A stretch of 64,000 bases of DNA from Chloroflexota bacterium (GTDB taxonomy: Bacteria > Chloroflexota > Dehalococcoidia > Bin125), in NCBI GenBank assembly GCA_009838735.1, contig VXQZ01000041.1:36348-100347 (forward strand), in the 5' to 3' direction. The notes under the pieces are model-generated. The model searched no databases. It saw nothing but the letters and a program-made list of their open reading frames with translations, and was not told where the DNA came from. Of the stretch, positions 9,075-17,734 are shown piece after piece. The first letter of the stretch is position 1, and each line of letters starts with the position of its first letter. A program made the translations under genes and the position numbers.

Positions 9075-10343
9075 GTGATTGAATCAGTAGATGAAGCCGA
9101 AACAAATCTCATCCGCGCCAAGCTCCAGGACTTCTTCACACGGAACCCAGAAGCAGATCTACGCCGAGAGCCAAGAGGCACATCAGTCATCAACCCGTGG
9201 GGAGAAAGGGACCTTGAGATACCTGTTGCAAGCGACAATGCGGGCCTACTAGAAGCTCTAAATGCGCTCCGGCTCGCCCCGCGCTTCACAGCCATCTGGC
9301 ACGAAGACAAATCCGACCTCGAGATCATCTACACCGTCTTGAGCAAAGACGACCCTCTCCTGCGGCGGAAGTTTGAGTTTCGGTACTCCGGGGATCCATA
9401 TGAGTGTAGCTTTGAGCTCTCCAGTCGCAGGCTAAGACTTCTCGCCTCCGAAGCCAGGGACACAAGCACCAAGGGGCCACCGAGTTTTAGAAATCTCCTG
9501 CCGTTCCATCACTTCGAACATACGCTACGAGCCGATCCGGATAGCACATTTACCCTGAACGGAACGCCAACTTCCTTCTGGATCAGAGGACTTGAGAGTT
9601 TCAACGAAGATTTCGTCGCCGAAATGGTGCGCAATCTGAACTTCCACATGTCTCACTTTGATCGGAACACGCCTCGCGTCATTGTTCACGAGGAGAAGAT
9701 GGATGTTGATTCGCCCGATCAGCATAGTCCACCGCAGGTCGAGTACTTTCCCGAGATACTGACCGGACGGGAGATCGATCAACACCTTCTTATCCTGTGG
9801 GAGAGCGCTCACTCCGGCGATCCGTTTCTAAGATTTATTCAGTACTATCAGATTCTTGAGTATGCCGGGTTTTACTACTTGCAAGCTGAGGTGCGGCGAG
9901 CGGTGGAGCGGGCGATCTCTGTACCGGATGCCGCATCGAGACCCGAGCGAGTGACACAGCGAGTGCTGGATGCAATGTCTGCACAAACACTTCAGGGCAA
10001 TCAACAGATCAATGCCATGATAGCTGAATGCGTCGACCCCGCTGAAATGTTGGAGATGTTAGAAGCTTCGATTGATGCGTTTTCGCACGACTTGACATTC
10101 GACGGAGGTTTCACCCTTAAGGCTATTTTACCCGAGTCTGTTACATATGAGGACTTCAAACGAGTCTGGAACGGAGAGTTTCCGCGCGCGCTTCACAACT
10201 TGAGAAACGCCCTTGTCCATGCGCGGGAGTCCCGGCAAACAACGATGATTGCCCCGACACGAGCAAACCAAGTGAAGTTGAATCCCTGGCTCTTGCCGCT
10301 GGCAGAGACCGCGGGCAGAGTGATGCTTTACAGCGGCAAATGA
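9075..10343 (+). CDS. Hypothetical protein with C-terminal HEPN-like RNase motif
   Basis: FLRFIQYYQILEY helix and LHNLRNALVH (R-x4-H); more AT-rich codon use; AAGGA RBS. Confidence 0.6.
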   Translation: MIESVDEAETNLIRAKLQDFFTRNPEADLRREPRGTSVINPWGERDLEIPVASDNAGLLEALNALRLAPRFTAIWHEDKSDLEIIYTVLSKDDPLLRRKFEFRYSGDPYECSFELSSRRLRLLASEARDTSTKGPPSFRNLLPFHHFEHTLRADPDSTFTLNGTPTSFWIRGLESFNEDFVAEMVRNLNFHMSHFDRNTPRVIVHEEKMDVDSPDQHSPPQVEYFPEILTGREIDQHLLILWESAHSGDPFLRFIQYYQILEYAGFYYLQAEVRRAVERAISVPDAASRPERVTQRVLDAMSAQTLQGNQQINAMIAECVDPAEMLEMLEASIDAFSHDLTFDGGFTLKAILPESVTYEDFKRVWNGEFPRALHNLRNALVHARESRQTTMIAPTRANQVKLNPWLLPLAETAGRVMLYSGK

Positions 10344-10444
10344 AGTGTGAGTGCGACGGCAAGACATGATGAGATGGGAGCTGGTTTCAGCTGGAAACAG
10401 AACTTCAAAGCGACCGACGCAGGCAGTCAATCCTTGTGGAGCCC

Positions 10445-11152
10445 TTACCTGATACGGCGCTTGTTCATATAGAGGCGGCAAAGACTGTCGGGTGCCATGC
10501 GGAACTTCGTCCCATGATTGCGCAGCCCGGCACTGCCAGGAGAGCTCTCGCGGCAGTCGAAATCTATCGCGATCTCGCCACGCTCAATCTCGTAGATGAA
10601 GTCAGTCAGGCTGAACGTGTCGAAGGCATCGGCTCGAACGAACCGTACTTCGCGGCCCTTTCGCTCCCCGTTGACCAACAGCAGCCGGCGCAGCTTCGCG
10701 CCGGCAGCCGCGAGGATCGAATCTTCAAGCCAATAGGGCACGGGCCCATTCTTACCTCGTGGCCGCACAACCAGCTGTCCGCTCTCGTAGTAGACGCGGA
10801 ATCGGTCTGATCTGCCGCGCACTGTGTGACGAAACGAGAGGCGGCCTTGAGAGTCCTTCTTGCCGTACTTGCGCACCATGTAGCGCATAATGCGGCTCGG
10901 ACCGTCCGCCTCCTTGTGGAACAGCGTCACGAGCGACGTGCGCGGCGAACACCACTTGAGCTCCCAGCCAACTGAATCGGGCAAGTCGGCGCTGTTCGTG
11001 GTCAGACCAAGCTGGTGTTCGAGATAGATCCCGGGTCCGCCCGTGCCGCGATAAGGCGAATGGTCGGGTATCTCGTGAATGCCCGACTGGATCAGAGCTT
11101 GGACACGTTCGAACAGTTCCGCCTGCGATTGAGGCGGTGCAACAGGTTCCAC
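10445..11152 (-). CDS. MvaI/BcnI family restriction endonuclease
   Basis: GPGIYLEHQLGL...LPD..GWELK (PD-ExK), VTLF, C-terminal RNHGTKFR. Confidence 0.8.
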   Translation of the reverse strand: MEPVAPPQSQAELFERVQALIQSGIHEIPDHSPYRGTGGPGIYLEHQLGLTTNSADLPDSVGWELKWCSPRTSLVTLFHKEADGPSRIMRYMVRKYGKKDSQGRLSFRHTVRGRSDRFRVYYESGQLVVRPRGKNGPVPYWLEDSILAAAGAKLRRLLLVNGERKGREVRFVRADAFDTFSLTDFIYEIERGEIAIDFDCRESSPGSAGLRNHGTKFRMAPDSLCRLYMNKRRIR

Positions 11153-11155
11153 GTA

Positions 11156-11947
11156 TTAGCTGCCTTCTATCTGCCGCCTGGTCGCCGCGATGCGCTCGCG
11201 GGCCATTCTGCAGTAGTCCTCTGAGATGTCAATACCGATCCATTCTCGCTCCGCGGCCTCTGCCGCTATGGCGGTCGTACCGGAACCGATGAACGGATCC
11301 AGAATGATCTTCGCATTCGTTGATTCGATACAGCGCTGCGCCAACTCGACGGGGAATGGCGCAGGATGCGAATTATCCGATTCCTGCTTGATCGTCCAAA
11401 CGTCGCCGATCCCACCGCGCTTTTCGGCCAGCTTGAAGTTTGGCTTGGCGATCATGTAGACGACCTCGTATGTGGGGAGGAAGTATCCAGGATTGTGGTT
11501 GAATCCGCCTTTCCGTTGCCAGATGATGATTTGGCGCACGGGAAATCCTGAGGTGATCTCGTCGGCAAGACGCTGCCATAGGCCCTGCTGAACACGCCAC
11601 TTGTGGTTGTAGAAGATCGCCCCGTCCTCGCGCAGGACGCGCATCATCGCCTTGAGGCAACGCTGCTGCCAGGCGATGTACAGGTCATGGGGCATGTTGT
11701 CGTCATAGCCGTCGTATCCGTCCAGGAGGGCAGCGTTCGACCACTTGCCGCCGGCGCCGTTTTTGAGGCCATTGCCCGTGCTGTTCTTGATGTTGTACGG
11801 CGGCGACGTCACGACCAGATCGACTGACCCGACCGGCATTTCGTTCATCAGCTCCACGCAGTCGCCGGCGTGGACAGCACCGATCCACTGCTCGACGGAG
11901 CACGTTGCACTCGGAGCGACTGCGGGCTTGACCGGGTCCTCAATCAT
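11156..11947 (-). CDS. Site-specific DNA methyltransferase (N4-C/N6-A, beta class)
   Basis: GDC...VDLVVTSPPYN, HPAPFP, ILDPFIGSGTT; start probably ATG 11947 (ORF open to 12124). Confidence 0.92.
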   Translation of the reverse strand: MIEDPVKPAVAPSATCSVEQWIGAVHAGDCVELMNEMPVGSVDLVVTSPPYNIKNSTGNGLKNGAGGKWSNAALLDGYDGYDDNMPHDLYIAWQQRCLKAMMRVLREDGAIFYNHKWRVQQGLWQRLADEITSGFPVRQIIIWQRKGGFNHNPGYFLPTYEVVYMIAKPNFKLAEKRGGIGDVWTIKQESDNSHPAPFPVELAQRCIESTNAKIILDPFIGSGTTAIAAEAAEREWIGIDISEDYCRMARERIAATRRQIEGS

Positions 11948-12324
11948 CAGCCGCCTAATCGTCCTTGAGTCCAGTCTAGTGCCCGGTTCGTGCTCGAGCT
12001 TGGAACCGTAGCTCGGTCCAACTGGCAATTCGACCTGCAACCCAAATGGCGAGTTCTGCTGCACGTTCCGCTCACAGTTCCTGCGTTCCTCGAACTGGCC
12101 GCACGCCAAATCCAAGCTCGGCATTCGTCCCTATCGGCTCATATGTTCTCATACTTCCCACCATCTGACAAGCCTCGGCTCCGCTCGCCGCCTCTGCCAA
12201 CCAAGCCACGCCTCACGCCCATCCTAGAACCCATGTCCGCATATAATGGTCCGACCGACTCCAGCCCCAGCGAAGGTACGTCCCAGATGACCTCATGTGT
12301 GCTTTTTCCGGAAGGTCTGGACCA

Positions 12325-12700
12325 TACAGTTTCTAACATACGACCCGCAGCAGACCGCCAAAACCATCACGAACTTGTCCAAAACTGATCACCCGAATCC
12401 CACGATCTCCAGCAAAACACTGGACTTCCGCTTTTTCTGCCCGCCAGAAAAGTTTTTCCCGCCGATCGTTCCGCTCACCGCTCCGACTCGCGCGTCACGC
12501 ACCCGAACAGAACCGAACAAGCCCGAACACCATTCCTCCCCAGAATCACCGAGAATCACCCGCCCTCACCCAGAACCACACCGACAAAACCCACACATAA
12601 CGAGCCAAATCTGGACAAATCTGGACTCCCCCGGACACAAAACGCGACAATTCCCAGCCCACAGCGCCAGATCCGCCCGATCAGCCCGAATTTCGCCCGG
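12325..12700 (+). repeat. Intergenic element A with 10-bp-phased repeat triads
   Basis: CCGAACA at 12503/12513/12523; TCACC at 12546/12556/12566; GGAC at 12613/12623/12633. Confidence 0.75.
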
Positions 12701-12709
12701 AACGCAACC

Positions 12710-13360
12710 GTGAAGAAGTTCATCCTCTTCGACAACGATGGAGTCCTCGTCGAAACAGAGCCTTGGTACTACCTCGCCACCAGGCGAGCGCTGGCGTCTC
12801 TCGCCCTGGAACTCCCTCGAGACGAGTATCTGGCCAACATGGCCAACGGAGTCTCAGCCTGGCAAGCGGCCCGAGACTCAGCGATGCCGCAAGCGGAAAT
12901 CACGCGCGGCCGAGCACAACGAGACCGCTACTACCGCGATTACCTGATGACGGAAGACATTGAGATCGAAGGCGTAACCGAAACGTTGGCCGAACTGTCA
13001 GAGACGTATCGAATGGCGATCGTCACAACATCCAAGCGACCGGACTTCGACCTGATCCACGAACACCGGTCCATCCTCGACTACATGGAGTTCCACCTGA
13101 CCGAGGAGGATTACCAGCGAGCCAAGCCGCACCCCGAGCCCTATCTGAGAGGACTCCAACGCTTCGGCGCCACCGCCGCCGAGACGGTAGTCGTCGAAGA
13201 TTCAGCCAGAGGCCTCAAGTCGGCAATCGCCGCAGGCATCGACTGCATCGTGGTCGCAAATGACTTCACCGCAACCCACGATCTCTCCCAGGCAACCGCC
13301 AGGGTCGAGACGTTCAGCGACTTGCCCCGAGCGATCAGCAGCCTGGCGAAAGCGCCCTGA
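12710..13360 (+). CDS. HAD family phosphatase
   Basis: FDNDGVLVET, VTTS, KPHPEPY, VEDSARG. Confidence 0.92.
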   Translation: MKKFILFDNDGVLVETEPWYYLATRRALASLALELPRDEYLANMANGVSAWQAARDSAMPQAEITRGRAQRDRYYRDYLMTEDIEIEGVTETLAELSETYRMAIVTTSKRPDFDLIHEHRSILDYMEFHLTEEDYQRAKPHPEPYLRGLQRFGATAAETVVVEDSARGLKSAIAAGIDCIVVANDFTATHDLSQATARVETFSDLPRAISSLAKAP

Positions 13361-13548
13361 GCCCCAGGATGTCGCACAGGCGATAGTGTCCGCACATCTC
13401 CGGCGCTACCTTCTAGGCTTGACTGGACGGGAGGCCGACCAAAGTCTGATAGTGCGTGAAGGCCGCCAGTTTCCCTCCAGGCGGTTCTGATGGCCCTGCG
13501 GACGGGCCCCCGAATGCTCCCACAGTCCGCCTAGATCGATCTCTCCAA

Positions 13549-14676
13549 ATGACCCGCACGGGCACAGAAAACATCCACGATGTCGTTGTCGTCGGCGCTG
13601 GCGCCGCAGGCGTGGGTGTGGCGGTAACGCTGGGACATGCCGGCATCCAGGACGTGGTCGTCCTCGAACGCAACACGGTCGCATCATCCTTCGACGCGTG
13701 GCCGGCCGAGACTCGCTTCATCACACCCTCCTACACCACCAACTCGATCGGCATGCTCGACCTCAACTCGATCGCGATGGGTACCTCTCCCGCGTACAGC
13801 CTGGAGGTCGAGCATCCCACCGGTCAGGAATACGCCAAGTATCTGCGCGCCGTCGCGCACTTCTTCGAGGTCCCTGTCCGCGAACACACTGATGTGCGCT
13901 CGGTCAAGCGGGCCCACCACGGCTTCCGCGTCGATACCTCAGAGGGGGTCGTGCGCGCCAAGCACCTCATCTGGGCCGCTGGCGAGTTCCAGTATCCGTT
14001 CCTCAGCGGGTTCGCCGGCAGCCACCTCTGCCGCCACACTTCGACCATTGCCAGCTATGACGATATCGAGGGCGACGACATCATTATCGTCGGCGGCTAC
14101 GAAAGCGGCATCGACGCGGCCTACCACCTGGCCTATGTCGACAAGCGAGTGCGCGTCTTCGACGTTGAAAGCCCGTGGGAGAGCGAGAGTTCCGATCCCA
14201 GCATCGCGCTGTCGCCCTTCACGGTCGAGCGGATGCGTGAGCGTCCGTTTGTTCAGCAAGTCGAGCTCTACCCAAACACGCCCATTGGATCTGTCACTCG
14301 AGTCGGCGACAGATATGAAGTCATGACGGAGGACGGGCAACGCTTCCAAACGTCCGAGCCGCCGCTCCTGGCAGCCGGATTCGAGGGCAGCACCAAGCTC
14401 GTCGCGGATCTGTTCGAGCAACGCGAGGACGGCTCCCTGCTGCTCAGCGAAGACGACGAATCGACGATCGTGCCCGGCATCTTCCTCTGCGGACCCGAAG
14501 TGCGGCACAACAATCACGTCTTCTGCTTCATCTTCAAATATCGACAACGCTTTGCCGTCGTCGCCAAGGCGATTGCGACGTCCCTGGGCCTGCCCGCGGA
14601 AGAGCTCGAAGAGTATCGCAAGTGGGGCATGTACCTCGACGACCTCTCCTGCTGCGGCCAAGAGTGCGCATGCTAA
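13549..14676 (+). CDS. NAD(P)/FAD-dependent oxidoreductase (TrkA/CzcO/YpdA-like) with Cys-rich C-terminus
   Basis: VVGAGAAG, WAAGEFQYP, GGYESGID; ends DDLSCCGQECAC. Confidence 0.85.
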   Translation: MTRTGTENIHDVVVVGAGAAGVGVAVTLGHAGIQDVVVLERNTVASSFDAWPAETRFITPSYTTNSIGMLDLNSIAMGTSPAYSLEVEHPTGQEYAKYLRAVAHFFEVPVREHTDVRSVKRAHHGFRVDTSEGVVRAKHLIWAAGEFQYPFLSGFAGSHLCRHTSTIASYDDIEGDDIIIVGGYESGIDAAYHLAYVDKRVRVFDVESPWESESSDPSIALSPFTVERMRERPFVQQVELYPNTPIGSVTRVGDRYEVMTEDGQRFQTSEPPLLAAGFEGSTKLVADLFEQREDGSLLLSEDDESTIVPGIFLCGPEVRHNNHVFCFIFKYRQRFAVVAKAIATSLGLPAEELEEYRKWGMYLDDLSCCGQECAC

Positions 14677-14957
14677 AGACGAACGACAAGGGCGGCGGCG
14701 CCCCTGCTGCTCCGACTGCTGCTCCGTCAGTTGCTCCATCTGCTGCCCCGTCTGCAGCCGCGTCTGCTGCATGGCGAGGTCGGCTGGCCAGAGCCCGTAG
14801 CCTGACATGGCTCGGGCAAACGGCCGCCAGCCTGTGCTGGATCAGCAGCATGCTGATCACGGGCGTCGATTCGACCGGGGACTGGTTGCAGCTCTGCGCG
14901 GCCTGCGCCTGGCTCCTGGCCAACATCGCCACGCTCGTCACCGCCCAGGCTGACTGA
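14670..14957 (+). CDS. Small two-TM membrane protein, translationally coupled to the oxidoreductase
   Basis: ATG overlaps the upstream stop; hydrophobic LGQTAASLCWISSMLI...GDWLQLCAACAWLLANIA with typical GC3. Confidence 0.6.
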   Translation: MLKTNDKGGGAPAAPTAAPSVAPSAAPSAAASAAWRGRLARARSLTWLGQTAASLCWISSMLITGVDSTGDWLQLCAACAWLLANIATLVTAQAD

Positions 14958-14989
14958 TAGTCCGCGCTCCTCGGACATCCAACTCCGGT

Positions 14990-15046
14990 CCCCTCTCCCT
15001 GAGGGAGAGGGTTAGAGCCTGCCCCCGCGAAAGCGGGGGGTGAGGG
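14990..15046. repeat. REP/MITE-like composite palindrome
   Basis: CCCTCTCCCTGAGGGAGAGGG...GGTGAGGG with internal CCCCCGC-gaaa-GCGGGGG hairpin, between convergent genes. Confidence 0.7.
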
Positions 15047-15063
15047 CCCGGCTGACCGCCAAG

Positions 15064-16047
15064 TCATCCAAAGATCGACCGTGAACAGAGCAGCGCCGCC
15101 AGCTCGTCCATCGTCTCGAATGGCCGCGGCCGTCCCCGCTCTCTCCAGTAGCTGATCAACTCATCGCCGCCGAAGTCGTGCAGCAGCGACCATGCGACGG
15201 CCCGCTCCGCGAACTGGCTGTCATGGGCCAGGGCAGGGTCGTAGGCGTCGAGGAACGCCCGGGCGAGAACAGGATCCCGCCCGCAAAATCCCGTCCAGAC
15301 CGGCATCCACTCGTACTCCCGCACACCGATCTTGGCGTCGCCGAAGTCGATCAGCGTCTCAATCCGCCAGCCCTCTTCGGACAACGCGCACAGGACATGG
15401 TCCGCGCCGAGGTCTCCATGGACCACAACCCGTGACTCAACGACGTCCGCCGCCATCGCTTCATCGAGCAGTGCTTCGAGCGAACCCACAACTCCAGGAT
15501 CCAGCACTCCAGCGTCCACGAGCTCACCCGCCGCCGCCCGCCGCCGTTGCGACACGACTTCCGACCAGGCCCCCTCGCTTGCGGCATTGGCAAACCGGCT
15601 CACGTCGAGCTCATGCAAGCTCCGCGCCATGCCGCCGAGCTGGGTCGCGATCAACCGGCCCTCGCCGTCGCTGAGCTCGCTCCGCAGCTCCGAGAATGGC
15701 CGGCCGCCGCAGTAACGAGTGATCAGGTAGCTCCAGTCCACCCCGTCGCCGTCGGCAATCTGACCGCAGCCGGTGACCTCGGGCACGGGAATCTCATTCT
15801 GTGAACCAAGCCCCTCCAGTAGCGAGCGCTCGAAATCGAACTCATCCCAGAACGGGCTGTAGATCTTCAGCGCCCACGCTTGGTCGAGCAGGAACACGGC
15901 GTTCGTGTTCGCGCTGGCCGACCGCATCTCCAGATAGCCGATCCCCTCCCGCATGCAAATGGCGTCGACGAGCCCCCGCCAGACCGAGACGTCGTTGTAG
16001 ACCCGCGTCCAGTCGTCCCAACTCTCAATCCGGATTGAAGTCGGCAT
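15064..16047 (-). CDS. Aminoglycoside phosphotransferase-family kinase
   Basis: VHGDLGADHVL and LIDFGD motifs. Confidence 0.85.
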   Translation of the reverse strand: MPTSIRIESWDDWTRVYNDVSVWRGLVDAICMREGIGYLEMRSASANTNAVFLLDQAWALKIYSPFWDEFDFERSLLEGLGSQNEIPVPEVTGCGQIADGDGVDWSYLITRYCGGRPFSELRSELSDGEGRLIATQLGGMARSLHELDVSRFANAASEGAWSEVVSQRRRAAAGELVDAGVLDPGVVGSLEALLDEAMAADVVESRVVVHGDLGADHVLCALSEEGWRIETLIDFGDAKIGVREYEWMPVWTGFCGRDPVLARAFLDAYDPALAHDSQFAERAVAWSLLHDFGGDELISYWRERGRPRPFETMDELAALLCSRSIFG

Positions 16048-16203
16048 CGCTTCGGCTCTCTGGCACGCTCGGCTCGTACGACGGTACCGCGCGCAGTCCG
16101 TCTGTCACCTTCGTCACCTACTGGAAACCTCTCGCCCCATCAGCACATCCGTGCGTATACAATCAACGACGCCTGAGTCCCAACGCCCTGCCCGGCCGCC
16201 CCA

Positions 16204-16390
16204 ATGAACCACGACCAACCATCAACACAAGCCCGAACCACCCCGCACATCCTCGTCCAGGCCAGCACACAGCCGCACAGGTCCGCACAAATCCGTCCAA
16301 AATCGAACAAGTCCAAACAAGCCGGACGCCGGATCCTTCCACGACCTGCCGAAAACCGGTCAAAATTGACCCAAACTGACCCAATTCCCT
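16204..16390 (+). repeat. Intergenic element B with 10-bp-phased repeats
   Basis: gccagcacac/agccgcacag/gtccgcacaa/atccgtccaa/aatcgaacaa/gtccaaacaa (16261-16320); caaaattgac/ccaaactgac/ccaattccct (16361-16390). Confidence 0.7.
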
Positions 16391-16451
16391 GTCAATTGGC
16401 CTCCGAGCAGCCAGATCCCGGTGCGAACGGTCCTGGAATGCCCGGAGCCCC

Positions 16452-17585
16452 TTACCAGACCCTGGGCACAATTCGCCAGGGCACCCGCTCCTGGTACTCG
16501 GCCCATTTCTCCGGCCCGTACTTTTCGGCGCAGGCTCGGTCGTCCTCATACTGGCGCCAGGTAAACATCGTCACCACGAACAGCATGTAGCTCCAGGCCC
16601 AGGGATTGCCGAAGTGGCCGAAACTGAGCGCGATCGCCAGGCCGAACAGGCCCTCGCCGAAGTAGTTGAAGTGGCGCGCGGCGCCCCAAAAACCGTTGCA
16701 CAGGATCTTGCGGTTGCCGGCCTCAATGATCTCCGGCTCGAACCACAGGAACTTGCGATCAGGCCAGCGTTTGAACCAGTACTTCTGCAGACTCGCGCCC
16801 CGCGAGATCGTCCAACCGGTCAGGAACAGCGCCGCCGAGCCGCCCACGATCGCGTACTCCGCAGCGGCCGAGAAGCCCGGATCCGGCTGCGCGGCCATCG
16901 CCCACAGCGGCAGGATGAACAGCCAGCCGTAGACCACCAGACCGCCCCAGAACAGCTTGAAGCCCGTGTTCTCGTGGATCAGGTCGTAGGTGTACAGCTG
17001 CACCCGCTCCCAGATGAAGTAGTCGGTGATGTAGAAGGTGTAGATCCCGGCGTAGAGGAAGACGCCCAGGTTCGCGTCGGCGAAGTTCTCATGGTGCCAG
17101 ACCGCCCCGGAGAGCGCGTTCAGCGACAACATTGCCCCGCCGACGACGTAAAACCACATCTTGACGTCGAAGTACTCGTTGAAGAACGAGAACTCCTGCT
17201 TGCGTCCGAGGTAGAAGGCGATGATCGGGTTCTTCACCTCGCCCTGCGGCTGGCCGAACACGGCGATCAGGGAAAAGATGACGGTGAAGACCGTGCCTCC
17301 GAACACGGCCCAGAGCGACGACCGGTAGAACCAGTCGCGCGGCATTCCCGTCGCCTCGGTCGCCCAGACGATCACCATGATCGCGAAGACCAGGAGCCCG
17401 TTCAGCCGGTACGTGCGCGGCTCACCGGTCTCGGCATTGGTCACGTAGCCGGTCACCTTGCGCGCGGTCAACGCCATTTGTGCCACGACGAACGCCGCGA
17501 AGATGATCAGCGGCGTGAAGAACGCGAGGATCTTTTCCTCCGCTGTCAGGTCGAACAGGTGCTCAATACCAAGAGATTCAATCAT
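16452..17585 (-). CDS. ERG4/ERG24/DHCR7-family sterol reductase
   Basis: Multi-TM; YRLNGL, YDLIHENTGFKLFWG, GFWGAARHFNYFGE, DDRACAEKYG...Y.ERVPWRIVP. Confidence 0.85.
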   Translation of the reverse strand: MIESLGIEHLFDLTAEEKILAFFTPLIIFAAFVVAQMALTARKVTGYVTNAETGEPRTYRLNGLLVFAIMVIVWATEATGMPRDWFYRSSLWAVFGGTVFTVIFSLIAVFGQPQGEVKNPIIAFYLGRKQEFSFFNEYFDVKMWFYVVGGAMLSLNALSGAVWHHENFADANLGVFLYAGIYTFYITDYFIWERVQLYTYDLIHENTGFKLFWGGLVVYGWLFILPLWAMAAQPDPGFSAAAEYAIVGGSAALFLTGWTISRGASLQKYWFKRWPDRKFLWFEPEIIEAGNRKILCNGFWGAARHFNYFGEGLFGLAIALSFGHFGNPWAWSYMLFVVTMFTWRQYEDDRACAEKYGPEKWAEYQERVPWRIVPRVW

Positions 17586-17734
17586 GAGTGAGTACCCCTT
17601 CCGCCGGTTGTCAGGCCATTGTCGCGGATTGCAAACGCCCCTGTGGCGGAAGCGAAACCCCCGCGCAAGTGAGACTTCTAGACTGCGCCCACGCCTCGTT
17701 GGCGCACGTTGAAATCGAATGTTGGAGCGGCGAG

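Larger units (their letters stand above)
8838..12292. mobile_element. Putative defence island at the tRNA-Lys 3' end (no integrase)
   Basis: Lower-GC foreign-looking genes (HEPN-motif protein, REase, MTase) start right after the tRNA; degenerate tRNA-3' copy GTCCCAGATGACC at 12280-12292. Confidence 0.55.

Noticed and set aside
12480-12700. CRISPR array or REP interpretation of the phased repeats
   Set aside because: Units are 10 bp with no spacers or palindromes, and there are no cas genes
12297-12713. ORFs over the phased elements (12297-12713, 16204-16590, 33039-33422)
   Set aside because: Low-complexity translations, atypical codon use, shared DNA motifs fall in different frames; coding not fully excluded
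13400-13510. Possible fluoride/ZTP/guanidine riboswitch upstream of the oxidoreductase (CTGATGGCCCTGC, TGACTGG, TTCTAGG fragments)
   Set aside because: Could not build the required P1 stems or pseudoknots; only isolated words match. An Rfam/Infernal scan would settle it
15064-16047. APH gene as an acquired antibiotic-resistance cassette
   Set aside because: No integron or IS context; only family-level kinase motifs, substrate unknown
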